Origin: Seison nebaliae | Taxonomy: Eukaryota | Assembly: GCA_023231475.1 (NCBI GenBank) | Contig: JALJEE010000834.1 | Location: 1 to 39,729 of the forward strand | Direction: 5' to 3' | DNA: 39,729 nt | In this document: positions 24,125 to 35,685 of the stretch, in pieces | Numbering within the stretch: position 1 is the first letter of the stretch | Layout of the letters: each line of letters begins with the position of its first letter | The notes under the pieces: generated by a model | What the model saw: only the letters and a program-made list of their open reading frames with translations | What the model was told of the DNA's origin: nothing | Databases searched by the model: none | Program-made: the position numbers and the translations under genes

Positions 24125-26227
24125 TTAGAGTCCCATATGAAGTATTTCACGCAACATTGCATAAAGTGCCCGTTCTCCATCATTCTCTTTCGTACAATCA
24201 ATATTATCAGTTCGACTAATGATGGTTGTGGACGTTCCGTCTTTCTCCACCACCGTAAAATCATTCACTGATTCGGTAGATGTTCCACGAAAATCTTGAC
24301 ACATCAATGTCTCTTTCAATTGGAGATACATCGCCTTTCCAACGATTAACATTCGTTTCATATCAATTCGTCCACATAACTCATTTGTCGATTTGAGTAT
24401 TTGGTTGAAATCATAATTGTTCGACAAGAGCAATGGCGCATGTTGATCTAATATCGCACAACAGATGAGTAAATGGAAATTGTAACAAGGTTCTTCCGTC
24501 CAAAGTGCTTCCCAAAATCTCATACAATCTTTTGCTGTTAATTCTCGTTTGAAGAAAACGAGTAACCATCGAAAGCAAAAACACATATGAAGCGAATGAT
24601 TCTTTTCCAGATGAGCAGCTAATTTCGGAACAAGAATCTCTAATAAATGACGTAAACTATTCAATTGATCACGAATATGAGTTTGTTGAATTTCGAAATT
24701 TTTATACCACATATTCATCGCTCCAACGAAACACCAGAAAGCATCAGCTTCTCCGATATCGACCGCCATCAGAATTATTGAAGCGATATCACTCATTCCT
24801 TGAACGTAACCGATATCGCCATTGAACATACAATAAGTTTTAAGAATGTTTGTCAATTTCGCCGAATTGTTCACATCATTCTCAAAATCATCGATATCCT
24901 CTATTTTCCTTATGATTGGCTCTTTCTTTCTTACGTGATGATGAGGAGGTGAATAGAATTCTAATGTGCGATCTGTTCGTAGAACATCCTTATCAACCAA
25001 ATAGAATCGTTCTCGTAAAATCGAATTCTTTTCTAATTGTTCCGGTAACATCGATTTCCATTGATGACAAATCGTTTCATAATGTTCTCGTTTCTTTCTC
25101 ATAATTTCTTCGAATTCTTCCGATTGATCATCAACCTCCCATGGAACGACATTCAACAATCGCAACCATACATATGGTCGAACATCGTCATCGACTCCTC
25201 CGTGGAAAATTTGATCAATAATTCGATGATAAGAATTCTTTACATCTCTCTTCGTCCAGTCATCTTTCGATAACGATCTCGTCTCTTGAAATTTCTCTTC
25301 GATAACTTTAATGGGACGAGACGGTAAAATAATATTGTGCAATTCAGTAAATGAACTATCGATATTTGATGGAATAAAAACTGGATTACAATTCGAATTG
25401 ACATGATCATTTCTATTTTTCATTTTCAAATCGGAATAACAAATCTTTTTCATAAAACGATTAATGTCATGAACTATTTCTTCTTTGTCATTATCTCCCA
25501 ACAAATGATCGCTACTTTTCGACATAACAAATTTGTTCTTTCCAAATTCAAATTTCTTTCCATCACGACGATTACTGGTAAGAAGATTGGTAACTGTTTG
25601 TTTGAAATTGTGACCGAATAAAATATATGGCGATTGACGAACAGTCATATTCTGATGTCGTTCACTTTGACGTTTTTGAATTGTATAAAGGAAATCATCA
25701 TTCTCAGTGATCTGATAGAATTTACCGATGTTCTCGATGAACGAACGACAATCTCGTTTGAGAAAATGGAATGAAGATGATTGTAGACCATCCGCCAATT
25801 GGAATGTTATCATGAGCCAATTCTTTTTATAAGATAAATCTTCGAGAACATAAGAAATCGTTCTTAAACTGGTTTTGGACCAAGTGAATGAAACGATACC
25901 ATCAAACATGACAGAGGAAGCGAATTCAGATTTGTTCTTTATTTTTCTTTCAATCACATCCTCCAAATCCACATTCGTCAATTTCTTCTTCTCTTCATGA
26001 TGAGGATCGAATTCCATAAATAATTTTCCCGTTGTCGTCTTATAGAGACGGAGTGTACCGGAAATACAATTGACAACAGACGTTTGTTCGTCGTCGACGA
26101 ATCCACTGTCTTTGGGAGTGGGAATGGCATTGCGATTAGTAGCAGCATAAATGTTGATGGTTGGATTGGCATAAAGTTGAATGACAGAAAGATCCGGCCA
26201 ATTCGAACGTACAAGACCACTAAACAT
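24125..26227 (-). CDS. TBC1D15: TBC-domain Rab GAP, TBC1D15/17 (Gyp7-like) family, 700 aa
   Basis: IFHGGVDDDVRPYVW; YETICHQWKSM; catalytic-finger motifs VDKDVLRTDR and YVQGMSDI; CFCFRWLLVFFKREL; N-terminal ISGTLRL and SFHF segments typical of TBC1D15/17. Confidence 0.92.
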   Translation of the reverse strand: MFSGLVRSNWPDLSVIQLYANPTINIYAATNRNAIPTPKDSGFVDDEQTSVVNCISGTLRLYKTTTGKLFMEFDPHHEEKKKLTNVDLEDVIERKIKNKSEFASSVMFDGIVSFTWSKTSLRTISYVLEDLSYKKNWLMITFQLADGLQSSSFHFLKRDCRSFIENIGKFYQITENDDFLYTIQKRQSERHQNMTVRQSPYILFGHNFKQTVTNLLTSNRRDGKKFEFGKNKFVMSKSSDHLLGDNDKEEIVHDINRFMKKICYSDLKMKNRNDHVNSNCNPVFIPSNIDSSFTELHNIILPSRPIKVIEEKFQETRSLSKDDWTKRDVKNSYHRIIDQIFHGGVDDDVRPYVWLRLLNVVPWEVDDQSEEFEEIMRKKREHYETICHQWKSMLPEQLEKNSILRERFYLVDKDVLRTDRTLEFYSPPHHHVRKKEPIIRKIEDIDDFENDVNNSAKLTNILKTYCMFNGDIGYVQGMSDIASIILMAVDIGEADAFWCFVGAMNMWYKNFEIQQTHIRDQLNSLRHLLEILVPKLAAHLEKNHSLHMCFCFRWLLVFFKRELTAKDCMRFWEALWTEEPCYNFHLLICCAILDQHAPLLLSNNYDFNQILKSTNELCGRIDMKRMLIVGKAMYLQLKETLMCQDFRGTSTESVNDFTVVEKDGTSTTIISRTDNIDCTKENDGERALYAMLREILHMGL

Positions 26228-27343
26228 TCTCGGTTCAGTTTTGAAAGGAAGTCAGATCAAAATTTATTTTCATTTCAAAATAACAAATCTACGCCAATTC
26301 TTCTCTATATAAATTCTTCCCATCGTTCAACACAGTAATTTATATCGAATGTGTAGAGAGGTTGTCTATTCGACTATTTTGAATAGAATTGACGTTTCTA
26401 AATAAACTTTTCCCTTTTTTCCTAATAACCCTCCCAAAAAGTATCAGAGAAGAAAACTAAAATTTTAAATAAAGAAAATTCTCTATACAATTGTCGGGGT
26501 TGAGAGAAGAAGTTCTCTCTCGTTAAGCTTCCTCCAAAACCAATGACCATACTATTCATAATCAATAAAATTCATTCATTTCATAACAGTTTACACAAGC
26601 TGTTGCATCATTAAGATGATTAAATAGAACAACCAATTTCCATTTATTCGGAAAGAAGGAATTCTCATAAATTTTCAACTTTAAATCAACTAGCAAAAAG
26701 GACAATCCCCCCAAAATTCAAATTTCAAATTTAAAACTATAATTAAAATTTCATTAATCTAATTATATATCATCAACTAATCATCTAATGTGAGAAATAA
26801 TTCACGAAAATTATTTTGTAATTAGTAAATTTACCAGAAAATAACTCGATCTACTCGAAAAAAAACTTTACTATTATTAATAGGTTATTAATAATATTTT
26901 TGTGTGTTACTGTCAATTTAAAGTTATATCGTATTTTTGTTTAGTTTACTCATGTCATGACTAGACACAGGGTTTACATACTACGTAGTACGTACTCCGT
27001 AGTTGAAAATATTCGTTTCGAATGATGTTGCTTTCGATATTATAAAATTAATAAATTATCATCATTATAAATAAACTATAAATAAATAAGAAACGATATA
27101 TCTCTTTTCTCCTTTTTCATTCAATCAAATTTACTTATTTTCATTTGATGTGAAGAAAATTTATTGTTACTTAAAATGTGATTGATGAGAATATTAAAAT
27201 AAAATAAATAAAAAGTTCAAAATAAAATATGAAGAAAAGAAATATTTTCTTTTTATTTCACTCAATTAAAAAACAAGAATAAGTAGAAAAAAATGAAAAT
27301 TATCAATTTACAATAGTTTTTTAAAGAATACAATATTGGCTAT

Positions 27344-29913
27344 TTATCCACTACTTCGATGACGTCGACGACGTATGGTGTCATAAATAATTGGTGATTT
27401 CATTTTGGGATTTGAAGAGGGAGTTGATAATTCGCACAGTTTCACAAAACCCGTCATTACGAGAAGAACGCCGATGCCTCCCAGAAGAGCGATATACCAT
27501 TTCTCTTCCAACCACTCCTTCATATTCTGTATGGCCTCTTTCCCAAATAAAGCTTTCTGTAATTTAGATATTGGTCCTTCTGCGTCGATTAATCGACATC
27601 TGGAGAAAACATCGCAATATCCTTCGGTGCCAAGACATGGCGAACCGGGACCAAGTGCCAATTGTTTTAAATGTTGACGATCCTCTTCCGGAACTGTACT
27701 AACTTCGGAAATTGGTTTGCATTTCTTGTCAACATCTAAACACGACACTTTACATAATCGTTCACGTTCCTCTTTATTCTGTGAGAATTTGGAATGAAAA
27801 TTGAAAGTTTATTTTTTCAAATTTAAAAATTAGAACTTTAATTTTGAGATTTCCTTTCATGAAACATGGATAAACGTTAAAGAAAGCACATATACTTCCT
27901 GTACATTCACCATCTACACAAACTTTCTTCTTATAATTCGCTGAAAAGAAAGAGAAAAATTTGAAAATTTCAAATGAAATTAATTGGATAACTATTTGGA
28001 ATTTTATCACCACATAAAGTATTCAATGGTTTATGTTGCACTTTCGTTGTATTACACACTGGATTGTCATCTTCACATAACGTGGCTTCAAGACAATCAG
28101 ATGCCGGTAAACAAACAGCATTCTTCTTCTTGAACGAACAATCGTCTTGGCAACATGTTCCCTGAGTGGGAGAGCAATTAACGGGAAGACCGGATTGACT
28201 TCGATCCTTTAACGTACAACTTGATTTATCTGCACCGATTTCTTTTCGTGAGAAACAACACTGGTCCGTACAATCTGTTTCATAACCACAATCACATTCT
28301 TCACCTTTCTCTACGATCTGATTGCCACAAAACGGTCCATGAATTTTAGCGAAACAAAATTTTTTCCTTCCAGACATTTCCACCAAATCCGTCACAACAT
28401 TCCCCATCGATTCTAAAGAGCATGATGAAAATATTCGATTATTCTTCATTTTACCAGTTGTAGCTTTCGGATACATAATATAATTACCATCAGCTCCATT
28501 TGGAACACATTTCTCGTCATCTAACGGATCATGTTTAGCTCCAAAACTATGACCAATTTCATGAGCTAAAGTTAATTCACTTACAGCTGCTGGAACATTC
28601 GAATTGAAATTGAAGAATGTGATAACTCCAGTATTAAGTGCTCTCTGAAATCCGCCATGAACCGTGGCTTTCTTATCACAAACACCACCAGCTTGATTGT
28701 TAGTGGAACCGACCCAAGCTAATCCGAGAGTTCCATCAGCAAAATCTCTCATAGTAAATGAATAAATTAAACAATAATCTGTATCAGTTGGTATAGTGGA
28801 GAGATGATTGAGATAAGCGGAGACATCCAAATTATTATAACAGAAACGTCGTTCCCAATTCCAAATTTTCTCACTAATCTCTGTAGGTCGTTCATTCTCT
28901 CCACAAATCTTATTATAATCGATAATTTTGATACGAGGAACTGAAAAACTAATTCCTGAATATTTTCCAAATTTCACTTCGGAATAAATGTGATTGAGAG
29001 CTGTCAACAATCTGGTGAGATATCTAGTAATGATAGTTCGAGTGACATCTTCTGCATCATCTTCATCAACCGTTCCTTTTGTCATCTCCATTTGTTTCCT
29101 CTCCTTCTCATAATAATGTTTATAGAGTAATGGATCAGCAATAAATTGAATTTTACATTCTCTCATTCCATTCTTCAAAAAATCATCAGCTGATCGACGT
29201 CGTCGTCGATGATAATTAATTGGATCATCAACAATTCTAGTTGAAGTATTTCCTTTCAAATATTTCTCATATCCACAAAATGAACGTGTATTTTTGGTAG
29301 TTGATCGTTTATGAATTTGATGATGAGTTGGAAATAGATCGATATCATTCGATGAATAAATAATTAATAATGTCTCATTTTCATGATAATAATGATGATG
29401 ATCATTTAATGGTTCGATATAAATAATTTCATTATCTTTCCATTGAATCCGTCCCCAGAACCGTTTTCCTTCTCTGTCCAAATGTCCATCAATCCAAACG
29501 GAAGATTCATCATTCCAATGATTTTGAGTGTCATTCAATCTGGAAATTAATCTTCCTTTCAATATATAATTGTCATGTAAATTACGATTGTTGGGGAGGA
29601 CAGTCTCATTGTAGAAAATGGCTTGGAATGACGAAAGAAATGGTATGGAATATGGAAATGATAAATGATTTCGATTTATCAGTTTAAACTTGATTATTAT
29701 TCCTTTCTTCTCTCCAATTAATTCCGTTTTAAAATAATGTTTGAATAAGTTGGAATTGAGTCGAATGGATTGAATGGAATCAATTCGAACAAGCGAATAC
29801 TCCATCAGATGTGGTGACGTCACATTCATTGATTTACTTCCATCGGACTGCCTCAGCAGAATTAATTGAAAGAAGAACAAACTTAATTTTATTTCAATTC
29901 TCATCATCAACAT
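27344..29913 (-). CDS. ADAM10: ADAM10/kuzbanian metalloprotease, about 813-819 aa; exons 29913-28011 (or -27993), 27940-27837, 27778-27344
   Basis: Signal peptide; FCG cysteine switch; RRRRRS furin site; RDFADGTLGLAWVG; LNTGVIT; HEIGHSFGAKHD zinc motif; NYIMY Met-turn; disintegrin (CGNQIVEKGEECDCG); GYCDVFSRCRLIDAEGP; TM followed by TPSSNPK. Introns 27941-28010 (or 27941-27992) and 27779-27836 keep the frame. Confidence 0.96.
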
Positions 29914-30142
29914 ATCACTGGGAAATGAATGAACATTTTATTTTGAAGATTCTCATATAAATATCTTTGAGATATTTGATGAAATGAAATTTAATCTAAA
30001 AGAGAAGAAATCTTTAGAAAAATCATTAACTAATCACTCAACAAATAATCGTTTGACATTTGAAATAAAACAACAATTTTTTTTTAGAAAAGAAAATAAA
30101 TTTCTTTTCTTTTCTTTATTCATTAACAAGTTTAATCATTTC

Positions 30143-30277
30143 TCATTTATTATTGTTCACTGATTCATTTTCTTTCCTCTCCTTCACCAACGGATACCAA
30201 ATATAACAACCAGACGATATTCCAACAACTGTTGCCATAAACAACGAAAGCCACGAGATGTTACGTCTCACCAACAT
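30143..30277 (-). CDS. PIGBOS1: PIGBOS1-like single-TM microprotein, 44 aa (MLVRRNISWLSLFMATVVGISSGCYIWYPLVKERKENESVNNNK)
   Basis: Hand-translated ATG-to-TGA ORF below the track cutoff. It matches my recollection of the human PIGBOS1 pattern (MFRR...LLFATVLGIAGGVYIFQP plus charged tail). AATAAA follows on the minus strand at 30115-30120. Confidence 0.85.
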   Translation of the reverse strand: MLVRRNISWLSLFMATVVGISSGCYIWYPLVKERKENESVNNNK

Positions 30278-31863
30278 AAGTAGTAGAAGAGAAGTGTTGA
30301 ATGAATAATTGATTACTTATTTATTCTTTGTCCCTTTGATTTTGGAGGAAGGACTGTTCAACGGAAACTGGAGAGTCGAACAGCAATTAATACGATTTAT
30401 CTGATAAGCTAAAAATTCGAATTTCAATTAAAACACAAATTAATTTAATAGGGATTATTAGTCGATTTCACATCTCCACAACTTCCAATACAAACATTCC
30501 TATGAAATTTAACGAATTGGTAATGGTACAAATTATCAATTTCATTCACTTTAATCATCTGATAATTTAATCATCATCTGACCATGAGAAGAACAATAAG
30601 TAGTGACAGATATTAATATTCTACTTTCTTTTTTTTTTATCATGATAACTACAGATGGAACTCTAAATTGTTATGAATTAGATCAAACTAAAAAAAATAG
30701 AATTTCATTGTAATGTTTAATTATTATTAAAAACATATTATATTGTTCATTAAACTAAATGTGAAAAATAGTTGTGGAAATGATTGAGGAATTATGTATG
30801 AGATGAAATGGGAGATAGATAGTGCACCATTTATATATTGAACATATTGGAAGGAGACAAGTGACTCGTGTGAAATGAAAGGAAGGATTAGAGACTGACG
30901 TGAGTAATTGGAATATAAATATTCCTGATAAGAAAGCTGAGCGAAAGAGAAATGTATCGAATTTCTTTAGAGGAAGATTCGGCTAAAAATTCGAATATTC
31001 AGAGAAGACGAATGAATCGTGTCGAATGAGAGGACAGGCATTAGAATTACCAAATAATTTAATGGTCTATTATAATTATTCGATATAGATATTTTCTTTT
31101 TTTTACGCATATAATCAACTATTCTAATTGACACACATACAATTCTTCACATACGATTCTAAATGAGAAGAAAAGAAATACATAAATAAGTCAATTCAAC
31201 ACAATATTATTTATAGAATTATTATCAATAATTTCATATGAATTCCATTTCAATCATTCATTTTCATTTTTTTATTCCTTATATATATCACCCTCGTCGA
31301 CGGAAAGACCCATAACATTCGAATGATCTCCATATCATCGAAAATTCCACCATCATTATTGGAACACATCAAGGAGGAGATTGTCGATGATTCACTTTGG
31401 GAACTGTGCACGATTATCAAACATGTCCGCTCTTTAATATGATATATCTCTCTGTCAATCTAATTGGACTTTTATATTTTTTATGAGCGTGTTCACATTC
31501 TTCCTCTCCTCCATCTATGTATATGTGCGTGTGTATTAATCGTCCGTCTTATCCCCTCCCATGCAGATATCGGTGGAGAAATTCCACGTTTCTCCATTCC
31601 CTTCCAATTAACACTTGATTTTCAATCGTCGCACAAATGAAAATCAGTCTCCCCATTTCATTCAAATACGACATTGATTCATCTATTTCTATTACATCCA
31701 AATACGAATTGATTTATCCATTTACATTCCATCCAAAACAGATATTCTTTTCTTTTCTTTTCCCATTTCATATTTAATAAGGAATCGTTAATGGTTTTCG
31801 CTACTTATTAAATTTCGCGTTTATATTCGGTGATCTAATTTATCAACCCACATCAAACCAAAT

Positions 31864-33514
31864 ATGGCCGTCTCAAAACGTATCGCTCGTCGACGTCAAA
31901 GGACAATCAGTTTCTTCGACAACGATTTCACAAAGTTATCATTTCTACTTTTTCTTTCTTTCCTTCAAAAAAAAAAAAAATATCTTCAAATTCAATTCTA
32001 CTCCTTCTCTACTTAATCATTCTTCTTCTTCTTCTTCTTCTTCTTCTACTACTATTACTACTATTACTACTAATTCTTATTTTTTTCATTCCTGTTTTCC
32101 CATATCTGTTTCTCCAGATCTGTTTCTTCTTTTCCTTTTCTCTACCCTCTCCTATTCTTTCATTCAATTGTCAATTCATTTGATGAAGCATTCCATTTAC
32201 TATTTTTGTCTAACGAGATTTAGTCTGGAAATGTTCGAGACGAACAAGAAAAACTTTTGGGAAATTATTTTAATTTTCATTTAATTTTTTTTTATTTCTC
32301 TAAAGAAAAACATTCTAAATTTTTTTTCTTTTCATTTCTCCAAAGAATAACATTGGAATTTTTCTTTTCTTTCATTTCCCCAAAGAAGATCATTCAAATT
32401 TTTTTCTTTCTTTTTCAACCATTTTTTTCAACATTTCTTTTTTTGGAATTCAATAAATTTTTAATAATTTTAAATTTGAACAATTGATTAGCTTCACTTG
32501 AGAGACGCATGTTTCATCTAATTCTTTTTGACTCTTTTAGTATGTCACGTTTATGGAAGTATGCTATCATTTGGCTGTTTATCATCGTTCTGGATTCGAT
32601 GCTGGAATTTCGCTTGGAATATATCTGGTCATTGTGGTTATTTGTGAATCATATTACGCATTTTGTGGCATCTCAAGGAACGGTTTCTACTTTTTTTTTC
32701 TGTTTGTTAATTATATTGAATTGATTTTAAAAAAGATTATGACTATCGGTTTAGTGCTATCTACGTTCGCCACCGATTTCTTAGTTTATATTTTACTGCC
32801 ATCGAGAATTCTTTTGTTATCGGCGTCGACTTATATCTGGTTATCATATTCGTGGTTATCGACATCCGGTTTCACTAGTTTTTCTTTCCATTTGTTGAAG
32901 ATAATGTTTATTATGATGTTATAGATCGAGTCATTCCAACGTTCAGTGTACTCCTCCTCTTCTGCTTCATCGAAGGATGGGCTCGAATGACGGAAGTACG
33001 ACTACATCATCTATGTCGTTTACTCGCCGCTCACAGGTTCCTTCATTTTTTCTGATTTTATCAATCATATTTAATTCTCTCTTTCAGTCTCGGCTATTCA
33101 ATCATTTTAGGTTGTATTCGCGTGAGAAAGTTTATAACAGGAAAAATCGAACAAGTTCGTTTTTTTTTTAAATGATTTCAATATTGAAATTCAAATAAAA
33201 TTCTTTTATAGCGCACTCGACAGAAAGTGCAAGAGAAGAATAGTAAACTGTTCAAATATGTCTTCGGAATTAGTGAGACGGATAATAATGTTGTGGATAA
33301 TTCGCAACAACAACCACCTCATCAATTGGTGGATGAAGCATATTGTTATCAAACGATTGAGCAGAATCCAACACTCTTCATTCAACAATCGAGAAGAAAT
33401 CGATATCGTGATGATCGTAGAAATCATACATTGCTCATTCCGTTGAAGTGTGTCATTGGGAAGATTTGTCGTTTCATTACATTTATGTCGTCCGTCTCAG
33501 TGTGGCGATATAAG

Positions 33515-33546
<32 letters not shown>

Positions 33547-35653
33547 TCAGAAACATAATATTAATCGAGATTATAATAATAACAATTCGCTCATTTCTAA
33601 CGGTAATAATAATAATAATAGTAATCAGTTGATTGGAAGTAACGGCTCGAATTCGTTGAATCTCTCTAACTACCAACCTTCTTCAACTATCAACGGTAAT
33701 ATGAATAACGATGTGAACGATCAACAAATGATGATGAGTAGGAATCAGTCTCAATTCAGTTTAATGACAACAATATCGAAAAATAATATGATGAAGAAGA
33801 ATGCTCGAAATCGTAACCGTTTCGTTGATAGAATACCGCTAGAAGATCGTCAAGGTTATCGAACTAATCGTTGCACTACAAATGGAGAGCACATCGCTCC
33901 TTACTCACATTTGGGTGAACGAATGATAAAAAATAAAGGAGGTGGGAAATGTTCAGGGAATGATCGGAATACGAATAAAAATCAAAATAACGGTAGAAGG
34001 AGAACTTCGGACGAATTGAAAGATGTTCAACGAAGATCCAATTTATCTTCCATTTCTCACTCATCCATTCGGACGATGTCATCACCAAATTCGACAAGTT
34101 CCTCTAGAAATTCATCTGTAGCATCTCTCGGATCTGTTTCAGCGATCACATCCGAACTTGGTTCGATTTTGAACGATTATTCTTCAGATAACAATGAGAG
34201 AAGGAATACAAATAACAATAATAACAATAATAACTCGTCGAGTGATGGTGGGGGTGATGAGAATGTTGAGGAATCGGATCGATTATCCGACAAAATTCTC
34301 ACATACTTTTGGCGATTATTACTCATTTTCTGTTTTATTTCCTCATGTGGTTGGCGAGCGAATGACTCTCATGGACTATTTGGACTTGATTCGAAGAAGC
34401 GCAATTTTTTTCATTTAATTCTTCTTCCAATGTTTGTTCTATCTTTACCGTTTCGATTGATTTTTGCGGATATTGCATCTCGCTATAATATTTATGTGGG
34501 TAGTCCATTATCAACGAGTGGAGAGAACGTGGATCCACTGCACCATCTCAATTCGACGGAACAGACGAATAAACATCAACAAACAGACAATAATTTCATT
34601 TGTTGTCATTGTAATTGTTCGAATGAAACTAAAGATACTTTGGAAGGAAGAGAGAAAGATATTCGCAAAATTAAATCGGCACCGCCACAACCAGTTGGAA
34701 AGAAGAATGTCAATCATAAACATTTGGAGACTGTGGAGAAGTTGAAGAAATCAGAATTTTATCAATTACATGCTGAAGGACATCCTCTCACTCGATCGAT
34801 TAGCCAATCGACATTTAATCAACTTCAAATTGAAGTGAAAGATGAATTATCGTTCGATAATTTCAAACGAGAAATCATTAGGAAAAAAGCGATTCATGAT
34901 GCAAAAATGGCGAAGAAGAATATGAAGGATATGGAGGCACAATTGGGACGATTAAAAGACGAATTGGCTAAAACGAAGAGATCTTTGGAGAATGAACATC
35001 AATCGAAATTGGAATTAAAATCGAAATTGAAGGAATTTAATGAGAATCGAGAAACGAATAAAAACGAATTGAAATCAATTCAGACCACACTCAATATCGA
35101 TCGCAATCAGTTTAATCAGGAAAAGAAGAAGTTACAAGAGAAATATGAAGATCTCCAGAAGAAATTCGATGAAGAGAAAGGTAAAAGTGATAAATTGAAA
35201 AACAACTCTCAATCCTTCTATAAGACAATTGATGATTTAACATTATCTAATAAGATTTGTAAAGATGATTTGAAACGTCTAAGTGGAAAGACGAAAGAGA
35301 AGGACGACGAAATTGTTGAATTACAAAAGAAATTGACAAATTTGACGAATGATCTCAATGCAGAAATTGAGTATCGAATGTTGTTATTTCAAGAGATCAA
35401 CAAATATTCGACGGTACGTTCTACCATTCTCACACAGACGGAAAAGATCTTTAAATTCTGCGAAAGTAAAGTTATGGAACAATATGGAACGTGTCATGGA
35501 AATTTTGAATTGGACAGTTCATTGTCATCCATCTTCTATACCATTCACAATTATAAACGAGAAATATGGAAATTATTCTCGACGAATGGTCATAATAACA
35601 ATCCGACATATCGCCATCTTCCAAACATGACACATCGAATCAATGATCAACCA

Positions 35654-35685
<32 letters not shown>

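Noticed and set aside
32257..32487. Phe-rich 76-aa ORF
   Set aside because: Translation of a T-rich tract inside the putative first macoilin intron, starting at TTG.
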